IMG/VR virus record: IMGVR_UViG_3300018915_000002
DNA: 64,000 bases
Origin: a virus
Reading direction: 5' to 3' (one strand)
Part shown: in pieces, positions 1-9,936 of the stretch
Layout of the letters: every line of letters begins with the position of its first letter
Position numbering within the stretch: position 1 is the first letter of the stretch
Notes under the pieces: generated by a model
Databases searched by the model: none
Told to the model about the DNA's origin: nothing
What the model saw: the letters and a program-made list of their open reading frames with translations, nothing else
Translations under genes and position numbers: made by a program

Positions 1-1
1 G

Positions 2-670
2 AATGTTGATGTTGGTGTCACCCCACTACGTTTTGCTCGGTGGCTAGGCACAGAAAACACCCGTGCTGATGAAAGTACTCTGCATCGTGAGGGCAATGTT
101 TATTCCGCCCGACTCAATCCCGGACAGCTCCAGGCTGGAGCAACCGGAATTCAACTCACTCCAACCTTCGAGGCTAACCTCCGCAATCTTCCAGAGGCAA
201 CCGGACTTCTTGGGCTAAATCAGATTGCTGGACTTGATCCACATATCCTGACCTTTGCCCTAAACCAGTTCACTGCCCCCACTGCTCCCGTTGCTTTTGG
301 CAATCAAAAGCTAACTGCACTCGCTGATCCGACCGCAGATACGGATGGTGTAAACCTGCGATCGCTTGAAGCTGCGATCTCTCAAGCCACAGCAATTCTG
401 AATCAACAGATTGCGAATATCCTTGCGCGTGACTTTTCTACTCCTTTAATGGGTGCGCGGGAAGTGGATGGCGACACCATCTACGACGTGACACACAGTC
501 TAGGCTCTCGCCTAATCCTGAAAGAAGTATTTGATAGCTCCACCGGCGAAACCGTCGATACCGATTTTGTTCGAGTTCAAGCGGACACCAATACCTGCCA
601 AGTCATCTTCCGCAACCAAGTTGGCATCCCCGCTAACCGCTACATCTTGATGCTTCACAAAGTGGGATAA
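2..670 (+). CDS. Virion/tail-fibre-associated protein, 5'-truncated by window edge
   Basis: The frame is open from base 2 into ORF 449..670. It contains NQKLTALADPTADTDGVNLR (fibre stalk-like motif) and a C-terminal YDVTHSLGS (HNLG-type) beta module. Confidence 0.6.
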   Translation, partial: NVDVGVTPLRFARWLGTENTRADESTLHREGNVYSARLNPGQLQAGATGIQLTPTFEANLRNLPEATGLLGLNQIAGLDPHILTFALNQFTAPTAPVAFGNQKLTALADPTADTDGVNLRSLEAAISQATAILNQQIANILARDFSTPLMGAREVDGDTIYDVTHSLGSRLILKEVFDSSTGETVDTDFVRVQADTNTCQVIFRNQVGIPANRYILMLHKVG

Positions 671-835
671 ATGCCTGGAAAACGTAAGCGATTCCCAAAC
701 TTTTGGTGGGCGGTTCATAACCTGATCGCCCACCCTCTGTCCGAGATTCTGTACTGGCTCGGATTAGAGGGGATTGGGACGCTCTTGCACGACGAAACCA
801 TGCCTGCACACGAGGAAGGGAAAGGTAGAGGATGA
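671..835 (+). CDS. Small phage hypothetical protein (54 aa, MPGKRKRFPNFWWAVHNLIAHPLSEIL...)
   Basis: Translated by hand. It starts right after the TAA at 670 and ends in an ATGA overlap with the ORF at 832. Confidence 0.65.
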   Translation: MPGKRKRFPNFWWAVHNLIAHPLSEILYWLGLEGIGTLLHDETMPAHEEGKGRG

Positions 836-1269
836 CGCAATGCTTTGATCATAAGAAACTGATTGGTGGTGCGGCTTTCCCCGGAATTGGAGAGGGTTTG
901 TTCCTGTTCACAGGAAACGATTCCGAGGTTGTGGGCGTATCTCTTCCTTCCATCCAATTTGCTCGGTTTGAGCAGCCTGTTCCTTCCTCTAATTGGTTTT
1001 TTGAGCATAACTTCGGTTCAATGCCCCTTGTGCAGGTCTATAACCTTTCAGGCAGTGTGATTAACGAAGCCGTTCACGTCAACGTCACATCAACTGCTGT
1101 CACCGTTTCAACAGAAGGGGGGGTTTTAATGGCAGGATTTGTCACCCTTCTGGTTGCAGGTGTAGGGGAAGGGGGGTCTGGTGGCGGTGGATCTGGAGGA
1201 TCTGGTGGTTCTGGAGGGACAGAATCAGGACAACCGGTTGCGACAAATATTGATGGAGGCGTATTTTGA
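832..1269 (+). CDS. Virion protein with HNLG-type module, Gly/Ser linker and C-terminal IDGGVF
   Basis: WFFEHNFGSMPLVQVY motif, GGSGGGGSGG linker, ends NIDGGVF. Confidence 0.6.
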   Translation: MTQCFDHKKLIGGAAFPGIGEGLFLFTGNDSEVVGVSLPSIQFARFEQPVPSSNWFFEHNFGSMPLVQVYNLSGSVINEAVHVNVTSTAVTVSTEGGVLMAGFVTLLVAGVGEGGSGGGGSGGSGGSGGTESGQPVATNIDGGVF

Positions 1270-2639
1270 CTTTTACAATCCAAGTTAAGCGATCACCAAA
1301 CAATACTCCTGCAAACCTTGCTCCTGGTGAGATGGCTTGGTCTGAATCAAGTCAGACGTTCTTCATCGGGACAATTGGGGGAGGTGTTCTTCCGATCGCG
1401 GGTTTAGGGTCTCCCTTAACCAATCGAGCAAACCACAAAGGGACTGATGGGGGCGCGGTAATTTACGCGGCTGACTTTGGGGCAGGGGGAGATTTAGTCT
1501 ATTCAAAACCTACCTACAACACAGTAACGAGAGTCTCTGGTACGGATACGACCTCAAAAATCCAGGACGCATTGAACGTCGCAGGTTCAAAGGTTCCCAG
1601 TGATGTCAACCTGGACTACGAACAATGCATCACCGTTGTTGTTCCTAGTGGCAAATACTTTATCTCTAGCCCTCTTGTCGTTCCTCCCAATGTTATTCTT
1701 GATGCGAGTAACGCCTACCTATTTAACTTCCTTGCTGACCCTTTTACGCCAGTCGTACAAGGGTCTCGTCATAGCCATTGCACCCATATTTCGGTTCACG
1801 GAAATAGCAAATCAGGTATCGCCTGGGGAGATCAATCGGCTGGAGGAGTGCGGTGTGATTCGCGGTTAGAGAGCATTTATGTTGAACACGCAGGAGTAAA
1901 TTATGACTCCAGTAGACCTGGAAATCAGCAAAAGTGTGGACTGCGTTTGAGTGGCTTGAACTTCCGACTAAATCGAGTTGAGATCAAGGAAGCTAACATC
2001 GGGCTGGACTTGTACCAAGCCTCAGATGTGCTTTGCCCCTCAGTTTTTATGATCGGCTGCTCTACCGGGATTCGCCTTGAGTCTTGCGAACAAGTCATCT
2101 TACCCCTAGTGGCATTGGATACCACAATCCAAACGGGTATCCAGATTGACAACTCGAATAATGTTTACATGCAAGCCAATGCCTTTGTAAACAGCGACGG
2201 CTATGGGACTCCGATGGAATACGGGGTGGTGGTTGGCCGTTACTCAGGGATGACGAACAAAAATATTGTTCTTGATTACATTGCCCAATCCACAGGTGGC
2301 TATGCCTTAGAGGTCGGAAAAACGGAAGATTGCGAATTCTCAATCAAAGCGACCAATTCCCGCACATTCTCGCAGACTAGTGGCAGAGGCACAGCGAATA
2401 GCCACTGGAATCCGCTGCCATCTGGGGCGCTACTTGCTCATGATCTTGGGACTCGTTATTTCCCTTACGGCAACGAGGGTACTCCGGGAAGCCTGATTAA
2501 GTACATGGAAGGGTCAATCGGTTACCTGAAGATCCGACTAACCCGCAATAAATCAATTGCCAGAATCTACGAAGGCACTCCTTACGGTGTTCTCCTCGAA
2601 GAATCTGGTCTTTTAGCTATGGATGGAGGAGTGTTTTAA
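1266..2639 (+). CDS. Tail spike/fibre with pectate-lyase-like right-handed beta-helix (putative polysaccharide binding or depolymerase)
   Basis: IYAADFGAGGD...DTTSKIQDALN...VVVPSGKYFISSPLVVP is the typical start of a beta-helix. The N-terminal IQVKRS..PANLAPGEMAW anchor motif is shared with the next two genes. Confidence 0.75.
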   Translation: MTFTIQVKRSPNNTPANLAPGEMAWSESSQTFFIGTIGGGVLPIAGLGSPLTNRANHKGTDGGAVIYAADFGAGGDLVYSKPTYNTVTRVSGTDTTSKIQDALNVAGSKVPSDVNLDYEQCITVVVPSGKYFISSPLVVPPNVILDASNAYLFNFLADPFTPVVQGSRHSHCTHISVHGNSKSGIAWGDQSAGGVRCDSRLESIYVEHAGVNYDSSRPGNQQKCGLRLSGLNFRLNRVEIKEANIGLDLYQASDVLCPSVFMIGCSTGIRLESCEQVILPLVALDTTIQTGIQIDNSNNVYMQANAFVNSDGYGTPMEYGVVVGRYSGMTNKNIVLDYIAQSTGGYALEVGKTEDCEFSIKATNSRTFSQTSGRGTANSHWNPLPSGALLAHDLGTRYFPYGNEGTPGSLIKYMEGSIGYLKIRLTRNKSIARIYEGTPYGVLLEESGLLAMDGGVF

Positions 2640-3626
2640 GTGTTAATTCAAATCAAGAGATCACCCAATAATGTCGCTCCAGCAAGCCTTGCGCCAGGGG
2701 AATTGGCATGGGTAGAGGGATCTAAAACTATCTTTCTTGGCTTGATTGGTGGAGGCATGGTCGCGATCGCTGGCGACGGTGCTGGCTACCTGAAAGAAAA
2801 CCAGCAAGTCACCTTGTCTGGAGATGCTAGTGGCTCAGGGAAGACAGCTATTAATGTCGCCTTAGCCAACGTCGTTACGGCGGGTACGGGAACGAAAGTA
2901 ACCTACGACAGCAAGGGACGTGTTACCGCCTCCGCCGCTTTGGGAGTGAGTGATGTTCCAGATTTGCCAACATCGAAGATCACTAACCTGCAAGCGACTC
3001 TTGATAGCAAGGCAACGCTGACCAACGGGAAGATTGCCCCAGAAGCACTTCCAGCACTTGCAACTACAGAGACCTTTGTTGTCGCCTCCCAAGCTGCAAT
3101 GCTTGCTCTCGCCGCTCAACGAGGCGACATGGCGGTGAGAACCGATGGGGCAGGCAGTTTTATTTTGCAAGGGGAAACGCCTGGAACCCTATCAAATTGG
3201 GTGCGCCTAAATCCTCCAGATGCTGCTGCATCGGGAGTTCAAACGGTCAACGGGATAGCAGGTCCCAATGTCACCCTTGGAGCCAGTAACGTTCCCTTTG
3301 CTCCAACAGGGAATATTGCGGCAACCAACCTACAGGCAGCCCTAGCTGAACTGGATAGTGAAAAGCTCTCAGGCAACCAGCCGATAACGGTTTCGGGGGA
3401 TGCAACAGGTACAGGGACAACAGCTATTGCTCTTACTCTTGCAAGTATTGTTACGGCTGGAACAGCTCCCAAGGTGACCTTTAACAGCAAAGGTCTGATT
3501 ACAGGAAGCTCTGCACTTGTGGCTGCTGATATTCCTGCGATCGCCATCACCCAAGTTACGGGATTACGAGCCGAGCTTGATAGCAAGATGAATTCCACCG
3601 CCACAATCGACGGAGGAACGTTCTAG
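2640..3626 (+). CDS. Tail fibre protein with internal duplicated repeat
   Basis: Two copies of NQ.[VI]T.SGDA.G.G.TAI...LA..VTAGT..KVT..SKG..T; VQTVNG motif; ends IDGGTF. Confidence 0.75.
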   Translation: MLIQIKRSPNNVAPASLAPGELAWVEGSKTIFLGLIGGGMVAIAGDGAGYLKENQQVTLSGDASGSGKTAINVALANVVTAGTGTKVTYDSKGRVTASAALGVSDVPDLPTSKITNLQATLDSKATLTNGKIAPEALPALATTETFVVASQAAMLALAAQRGDMAVRTDGAGSFILQGETPGTLSNWVRLNPPDAAASGVQTVNGIAGPNVTLGASNVPFAPTGNIAATNLQAALAELDSEKLSGNQPITVSGDATGTGTTAIALTLASIVTAGTAPKVTFNSKGLITGSSALVAADIPAIAITQVTGLRAELDSKMNSTATIDGGTF

Positions 3627-4132
3627 TGCCGCAAATTCTGCTCAAACGTACTAATACTCAAAATCCACCCACAGGGCTTGCGGCAGGAGAGGCAGCTTGG
3701 TCAGAAAACGGCTTCCTATATATGGGTCGAGCCGATGGTTCTGTTGTTCCGATCGCTCAGGTTTCAGGGCTGCTACGGGTTGCCTCGGAAGTTCTGTTCG
3801 CAGGAGCTTTGGTCAACATGTGGAACAATAACGGCACAGAGTCCGTGCGGCTTGCCAATGCCAATACTGGGCATTCAGCCCACGGCTATGTGCTTGGTGC
3901 TGTCGCTGCGGGTGCTAGTACCTTTGTTGTCACCACCTATGGTGGTATCAACCGTCAGGCAAGAGCGCCGGGAGGTGCGGCTCTCGTGACTGGAGAATAC
4001 GCCCTTTCGGGTGACGCAGGCAGAATCGTTCCAATAGCAAATGCGCCTCCTTCTTCACTGATTTATCAACAGGTAGGAATGGTATCAGGCGCTGACCTTG
4101 TTTTTAATCCTGGCATGGTGATATGGCGGTAG
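3626..4132 (+). CDS. Tail fibre-associated protein
   Basis: N-terminal ILLKRT..PPTGLAAGEAAWSE motif shared with the two upstream fibre genes; translationally coupled. Confidence 0.6.
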   Translation: MPQILLKRTNTQNPPTGLAAGEAAWSENGFLYMGRADGSVVPIAQVSGLLRVASEVLFAGALVNMWNNNGTESVRLANANTGHSAHGYVLGAVAAGASTFVVTTYGGINRQARAPGGAALVTGEYALSGDAGRIVPIANAPPSSLIYQQVGMVSGADLVFNPGMVIWR

Positions 4133-4872
4133 AAGTTAATCAAACAAGTGATACCCTGCAACTGAAGCATCAGCCTACTGGGAAGTGGTCTGAAGGCGTA
4201 ACCCTACTTCGCTTGGAGGAGGGGTTTGATATTCGGCTTGTTGACGAGCAGATGACGGAGATTGAATCCCTGGTTCAGGCTGTTGCTTCGCTTGCTACTT
4301 TATCTTCCGCTCAAGAAATCCAAAAGGGGATAAAAGCCGTTGAGGAATCCTTGGGGAAATTACTCACTCAGGAGACAAATCAATCAACTAGCATCACTAA
4401 CTTTTATCAGGCAGTATCCAATGCCGTAGCCCAGCTTACACAGCTTTCTACTGCTGCGAATGCGACCAATCAAAGCATCGCCTCTAACCTAACTGCCTTA
4501 TCAAATGCGATCGCCTCCCTCACCACCTCCTTGACTCAGTTATCTAGTGATAGCGGTTCATCTGCGGTTGCGGATACGGGGGAATCGGAGATTGACGAGC
4601 GGGTGATTGTGATTCCTAGTGCGGGTAATGTTCAGTCCGTCATCTTGCCCAATACGACGCGATCGCTCGTGTTCTCTGGGAGGAAGGATAGTCTTGGGAG
4701 ATCCCATGATATTTTCTGGTCGTTTCGGAACGACAATATGACTCAGGGGAAACACAAGATTTTATGGGCGTTTTGCGAATTTCAAAAAACAGGACTGAGT
4801 TTCAAAGATAAAGTTCTATACTTGTCTTGCGGTGCGCCAATTCAAATCGATGTGTGCGCTTACTACTCTTGA
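4123..4872 (+). CDS. Hypothetical virion protein with central coiled coil
   Basis: Heptad-like Ala/Ser/Leu/Gln stretch; lies in the fibre operon. Confidence 0.5.
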   Translation: MAVEVNQTSDTLQLKHQPTGKWSEGVTLLRLEEGFDIRLVDEQMTEIESLVQAVASLATLSSAQEIQKGIKAVEESLGKLLTQETNQSTSITNFYQAVSNAVAQLTQLSTAANATNQSIASNLTALSNAIASLTTSLTQLSSDSGSSAVADTGESEIDERVIVIPSAGNVQSVILPNTTRSLVFSGRKDSLGRSHDIFWSFRNDNMTQGKHKILWAFCEFQKTGLSFKDKVLYLSCGAPIQIDVCAYYS

Positions 4873-4877
4873 TCTAT

Positions 4878-4891
4878 CACGGCTCTCCGTG
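4878..4891. repeat. CACGG-N4-CCGTG palindrome #1
   Basis: CACGGCTCTCCGTG, intergenic. Confidence 0.8.
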
Positions 4892-4896
4892 GCGAA

Positions 4897-5574
4897 ATGC
4901 AATATTTAACTAATCACTCTAATTCTTCTTCTGGAACCCTTGAGATTATTCGTGTCGAATCACGAAAATACTGGTATAGGGGGTTAAAGCAGGCTGAGTT
5001 AATTATTCGGGAAAAAAAGGCAGCTTTGTCATCGAATCGGAGGGCAAGGGAACGGATGCTTCGAGACATTCAGTTGATCGAAGAGTCCTTAATCTATTTG
5101 CGCCCGATCTCCAAGATTCTTCGTCCTATCCCAATTTTGGGAACCTGGCTGTTTAATCGAGTTTGTGATCAAGACGATAAAATCGTCGATTGCAAAAATT
5201 CGATGATTGAAAACGAATCTTTATTCCGGGATTGTCAAACGGAATTAGAAGTTGCAACCCTAGAATACAATCGTATGCTCAAAGAGCATCCAGAGGCGAC
5301 CGAGTTAAGTTTCCAGGAGTTAGAGGCTCTGCATGGATCAATTGCCCTTCTAGCGCAAAAAGCCAGCTTTGTGTCTCATCGAATGTTTGCGATAGAGACC
5401 GGATTACCGATAGAAGCAGCGATCGCGTTACTCGAAGCTGATCCCGAAGAGCGCGAATATCTTTGGGAGCGAATTGCGAAGGTAAGAAATGAAATCGGGG
5501 TAGGCGAAGCTGCTGCTTTCATGGGTGCAGTCTCTCCCGACCAATTATTGGTTGAGGAGGGCGCTGTTGAGTAA
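4897..5574 (+). CDS. Helical/coiled-coil hypothetical protein
   Basis: 225-aa ORF in the operon. Confidence 0.5.
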   Translation: MQYLTNHSNSSSGTLEIIRVESRKYWYRGLKQAELIIREKKAALSSNRRARERMLRDIQLIEESLIYLRPISKILRPIPILGTWLFNRVCDQDDKIVDCKNSMIENESLFRDCQTELEVATLEYNRMLKEHPEATELSFQELEALHGSIALLAQKASFVSHRMFAIETGLPIEAAIALLEADPEEREYLWERIAKVRNEIGVGEAAAFMGAVSPDQLLVEEGAVE

Positions 5575-6760
5575 AAACATTAATGTCTATCCGGATGACT
5601 TTAGTCGCGTCATCACTAGCAATGGCGTGATTGATCCGAGTACTGCACTGGAAACCGCTGTAAGTGGCTTGGAGATGGCCGCCCGTGACACCGCTTTACG
5701 TCTTGTACGGCAACGCCAGAAAGCAGCAAGAGCGATTATCGCAACCCAAAACAAAGTAGTTCGTGCCTCTCACAGACGGATGCCTCCGAGGATAGTGGGT
5801 AAGGCTATTACCCCTTCCGTGACCCTTGGTTCGTTCGCCTTTATGCCTGGAACAAAAGGGTTGCAGGTATTTAACCTCCTGAATGAGATATTTCGTCGAT
5901 CCTCAAGCGTCCTTCCTAGTGAGCATGTTTATGGCTCGACTATTGGAAATGCCGAATCAGGGAAGTTTATTGGAGGTCACACGGATGCTATCGGAGCTGC
6001 CGTAATTGCCTCTATCGACAAGGTTCTGTACTTCCCTAATGAGCAAGTTAAGGGGCAAATAGCCAAGCTCTCCGAGCCGCGACTGTGTGCGATCGGGCAA
6101 ATGGGAGATAGGACGAGGGGGATAATTGCTGGGGGAGTTAATTCCTTTGGAGTACTAAAGCAAGATTGCCATGTCTACAATCACTCCAACGACACAATCG
6201 CCTTGCTTGCGAACTTCCTTCAAAGAACCCGTTTCGCCCCTCATGGTGGGTTATCCAGTAAGTTTGCTGGATACACATTAGGTGGAAGTGAAAGGGCTTG
6301 GGGCGGACAACTGATTAATTCAATTGAAAAAGTGGATTATGTCACCGCTTTGTCGAGTTCTCGCTATATCACTGGAACTAGTCCCCATGCCCACGTCATT
6401 CACGCGACATTTGGAAACGATGTAGCAGGACATCTTGCGGGGGGATCTAATTCTTTTCCTCCAAGCAGGAAGTGGAATACGAATGACATCACGGAATTTC
6501 CTTTCGCGACAGAGACCCCGTTCTTAAGCGCGACCAAGCTAACTAACGAACTCGCCTGTTCGTTTGGCTCTGGAAATAGTGAAGCGGGTTATGTATTTTC
6601 AGGCTTTGTTGATAGCAATCTTTCGACTTTAACAAATAGTGGCGTTTTCAAATATCGCTATTTCGATAAACAAGCTTTCTTAGTTGACTCTCGCTTACTA
6701 GAGCAGGCATGGGATAGGGGTGCGGTGTCGGATTACGGAGCAGGATTTAGCTATGCTTAA
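5567..6760 (+). CDS. Kelch-like beta-propeller virion protein
   Basis: Repeated blades GKFIGG, GIIAGG, GYTLGG, GHLAGG, GYVFSG. TTG start at 5567 chosen because of GAGGAGG at 5554-5560. Confidence 0.6.
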   Translation: MSKNINVYPDDFSRVITSNGVIDPSTALETAVSGLEMAARDTALRLVRQRQKAARAIIATQNKVVRASHRRMPPRIVGKAITPSVTLGSFAFMPGTKGLQVFNLLNEIFRRSSSVLPSEHVYGSTIGNAESGKFIGGHTDAIGAAVIASIDKVLYFPNEQVKGQIAKLSEPRLCAIGQMGDRTRGIIAGGVNSFGVLKQDCHVYNHSNDTIALLANFLQRTRFAPHGGLSSKFAGYTLGGSERAWGGQLINSIEKVDYVTALSSSRYITGTSPHAHVIHATFGNDVAGHLAGGSNSFPPSRKWNTNDITEFPFATETPFLSATKLTNELACSFGSGNSEAGYVFSGFVDSNLSTLTNSGVFKYRYFDKQAFLVDSRLLEQAWDRGAVSDYGAGFSYA

Positions 6761-8864
6761 AGCCAAGGTATTTTCTGCTATCCAAGGCAGTTTAAACAAT
6801 CTGTTATCCTCCGATGTCCCTAATTTCAGTCGCTCTACCCCAACCTGGGTAGAGACTTATATTGGGGATTCACTGAAAATTGAATCAGTCGAGGCTTATC
6901 AACCCAGCATTCATCCAGAAGATAGTGCATTAATCCTGGAACCTTCTGGAATTAACCTAATTACCCACAACAGGAGCCTATCGCATAGCTCTTGGATTAA
7001 GGGAACCAATGTGAGGGTATATCGGGGGGAAGTTGAATCTCCCGATACAACTACGTTCCAAGGTGACCGAATTGACTGGGGGAACGGAGAAGGGGCAACT
7101 CAGCTAATAACCCGGAAGTTGTTTTTAAGAGCGGGGAAAACCTATACCTTAAGTGCCTTTTTAAGGCTTCCCCCAGGAGAACAGGCATCCGACAAGGACG
7201 TGATGAGATGTGGGGGATCTGTCTTTGCTCTAAAGCGATTAAATGAAGCGATCAATCGCTATCGGATTTGCGAGTTTCAGTTCAAAACACCTGGGTCACA
7301 GCTAGTTCTTCCTTCGTATAGTCACAGCACGAGCTACAGCGTGACAGCGGTTACCCCAAATACAGTTACCCTTGCAATAACCGATGGAACTGTTGCGGCA
7401 AACCAGTTTACTGGGGGACAAGTTCAGTTTGGTACAGAAGCTCGTCTGTATTTAATCTTGGGTAATACGCCCTCCTCAGGCACGAATAACACGACAACCT
7501 TAACGCTAGATACAACGACGCTTGTCAGTGATGGGGTGACAGTGAGTAGTCCTGCGCGGCTTCATGGCGCTCCAGATCAATCCGTAGATTTAGAGTTCTA
7601 CTGCGAGAGCAGCTTGTCGCTTCATTTTGGGGGAATTCAGCTTGAGGAAAGGGATTTCCGCACCTCAATGATTTACCAAGATGAAGCCTTTGAGGTTAGA
7701 GCCGCTACATTTTTGTCATATCGCCGCAATCCAATTGGCAAACTCAAGTCGTTTGGAGTCTTTGTTGACTTAAAAGAATGGCGAGGGGAGGGAAACTTAA
7801 TAGATTTAGGGAACATCCAAGCCAGTATCACCAATAATCGCCTTGTTGTGGTTGCTGGTGGAGTGACGATGACTGCCCCTGAACCACTCCCAAAACGTTC
7901 CAAAATCTACATCCAGGTGTCCGCTGAGAATACTAATATCTGTGTGTACATCAATAAGATTTTGGTCGCCAAGTCCAACGTGTATGACTTTGCGGGAGAT
8001 CATCGCGCTGAATTTCACTTGACTTCAGTTGGAATAAGGGCATTCTATGCGATCGCATTTTTTGATCGCACTTTGCTGGATGGGCAACCTGCCACTAATC
8101 AACTCGCATCAAGTGAGGTTGCTGAATTGTTTGATACCAAGGTTCTCCTTGACTCCACGATGATTGCGGCAAATCCCTCTCCCTTCGTTTTACCTACTCT
8201 GACCGTCCCTCCGAGCCGACCACCCCTAGCGAGGTCTCAGATTAGATCATTTAATCCCACGTCTGGGATAGTGACGCTCTATGACCGTGCAGGGTTTGCC
8301 GTGAACACTCCGGTGGCAATTGTCCGTGGGAATAGCGTTGTCTATAACACACGTATTATTGCCATTCCTGCCTCATCCCCAAACGGAGTGCAGCTAGAAG
8401 TTGCTTATAGTATCGTTCCAGGCGATTACTTGGTCTATGGAAACGTTAATGAGCCAGGGCAAGCCACGGTACGTTTCCCTTACACTCCAATAGATAGTGC
8501 CACTATTTTAGATATTACTCCTAGCTTGAATCGACTAAAGATAGTCTCATCCTTGGCTTTCTCTCGTTCGAGAGCTTTTGTTACTTCAGATACCGATGAA
8601 GATATAGCTGAAGTCTCGATCACCAACAAGGATGACCAACAAGGTTTCTTGTTTGTCGATTCTCTTGATAGATTAGCAATTGGGCATATCATCTCTCAGC
8701 CAGAAGACGAACAAATCATCGATCCGAGCTGCTATGACGCATACCTGCTTCAAGAAATTGAAGGAGTGGAAATCGATGACAAATATACAAATGGGGTAAA
8801 AGTTATCAACCGTAATAGCGTCCCTATCGACGTTCAAGTCGCTATCCTGCCATCCGCATACTAA
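6753..8864 (+). CDS. Tail fibre/spike protein with carbohydrate-binding and LamG-like regions
   Basis: FSRSTP...LILEPSGINLI...TYTLSAF...GGIQLEE...TSMI pattern typical of phage fibre/spike proteins. Confidence 0.6.
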   Translation: MLKAKVFSAIQGSLNNLLSSDVPNFSRSTPTWVETYIGDSLKIESVEAYQPSIHPEDSALILEPSGINLITHNRSLSHSSWIKGTNVRVYRGEVESPDTTTFQGDRIDWGNGEGATQLITRKLFLRAGKTYTLSAFLRLPPGEQASDKDVMRCGGSVFALKRLNEAINRYRICEFQFKTPGSQLVLPSYSHSTSYSVTAVTPNTVTLAITDGTVAANQFTGGQVQFGTEARLYLILGNTPSSGTNNTTTLTLDTTTLVSDGVTVSSPARLHGAPDQSVDLEFYCESSLSLHFGGIQLEERDFRTSMIYQDEAFEVRAATFLSYRRNPIGKLKSFGVFVDLKEWRGEGNLIDLGNIQASITNNRLVVVAGGVTMTAPEPLPKRSKIYIQVSAENTNICVYINKILVAKSNVYDFAGDHRAEFHLTSVGIRAFYAIAFFDRTLLDGQPATNQLASSEVAELFDTKVLLDSTMIAANPSPFVLPTLTVPPSRPPLARSQIRSFNPTSGIVTLYDRAGFAVNTPVAIVRGNSVVYNTRIIAIPASSPNGVQLEVAYSIVPGDYLVYGNVNEPGQATVRFPYTPIDSATILDITPSLNRLKIVSSLAFSRSRAFVTSDTDEDIAEVSITNKDDQQGFLFVDSLDRLAIGHIISQPEDEQIIDPSCYDAYLLQEIEGVEIDDKYTNGVKVINRNSVPIDVQVAILPSAY

Positions 8865-8868
8865 TAAA

Positions 8869-9936
8869 ATGCAAAGACTCGTAACCCTCGTCCACACGGG
8901 CGCTCAAGGTCAATTGTCTCCTAACTGGGACAAGAATTTCTTGTTAAATCCTGGTTTTCGGATTTCTCAATCCCCTCTCGGAAGCTCCTTTAATTTCGCC
9001 GCCTCCACCGTTGCTTTGTTGCAATACACTCTCGACCAGTGGCTAGCTGCCTTTACCCCAGATGGAGGAACAACTGCCGCTGCCGTTGTCTCACGACAAA
9101 ACTTTGTGTTGGGGCAAGGCGTTGTCGCTAGGGAACCTGTCAACTTTTTGAGAGTTCAAAATAGCACGGTTGGGGTAAACCTAGGGGTTAACTCGTTCCA
9201 TAACATAATCCAAAGAATGGAGGGTGTTCGGACACTTGCTGGGGAGGTTGTTACCCTCTCGTTCTGGGCACAGAGTTCAATTCCTAATAAAGTGCTAGGA
9301 ATTTACTTCCTGCAATCCTTCGGATCGGGTGGAACTCCTAGTAATACTGTTGGACTTGTAGGGGGCAGTTGTGTTCTAAGTACGTCTTGGCAAAAATTCA
9401 CCCTAACGGCTAGGATTCCGACTCTTGCAGGCAAGGTACTAGGAACAAACGGGGATGATCATTTAGCCGTCATTTTTGTCCTCCAAGGGGGCGCAACGAT
9501 AATCGATCCCTTGTGCAGAACCACTGGAGGAATTGCTTGGGGTGGAACCGGGACTGTCGATTTCGCCAATATTCAGCTTGAAATGGGTTCAACTGATAGC
9601 GACTTTTTTGTTCGTCCACCCGAAGTGGACTTGCTCCGCTGTCGGCGCTTTTACTATTATCAAGCCAATTCGCAACATGCTTGGTATGCGATCGATGCTA
9701 CCTACTTAGAAGGCAGCAATTTCTTCCCGACTCCCATGAGAATCCCGCCCTCTTTGAGGTTTACTTCAAACGCTGGAGGCACTTTAGGGCTGATGCATAC
9801 GGTTTCGGGAGTTGTTGTCAATGACATCGGTGGTAGTCCTTCAACTCACGGTGTTACAGAACTGTATTCTGGTGCCAATCGTTTGTCTGTGGGCGGAATT
9901 TACTATGGTTTTATGGAAGCGAATGCAAGACTATGA
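8869..9936 (+). CDS. Tail fibre receptor-binding protein (CBM-like)
   Basis: NFLLNPGFRISQ...DQW...VTLSFW...NIQLEMGS...LLRCRRFYY, a common phage fibre-tip family pattern. Confidence 0.7.
   Translation: MQRLVTLVHTGAQGQLSPNWDKNFLLNPGFRISQSPLGSSFNFAASTVALLQYTLDQWLAAFTPDGGTTAAAVVSRQNFVLGQGVVAREPVNFLRVQNSTVGVNLGVNSFHNIIQRMEGVRTLAGEVVTLSFWAQSSIPNKVLGIYFLQSFGSGGTPSNTVGLVGGSCVLSTSWQKFTLTARIPTLAGKVLGTNGDDHLAVIFVLQGGATIIDPLCRTTGGIAWGGTGTVDFANIQLEMGSTDSDFFVRPPEVDLLRCRRFYYYQANSQHAWYAIDATYLEGSNFFPTPMRIPPSLRFTSNAGGTLGLMHTVSGVVVNDIGGSPSTHGVTELYSGANRLSVGGIYYGFMEANARL

Noticed and set aside
1255-3630. Programmed frameshift or readthrough fusing the fibre genes
   Set aside because: The junction frames differ (-1, 0, -1) and no consistent slippery heptamer is visible; translational coupling suffices.
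1266-9936. Diversity-generating retroelement acting on the fibres (Mtd-like N-termini)
   Set aside because: No reverse transcriptase and no TR/VR pair with adenine-specific mismatches seen in the window.
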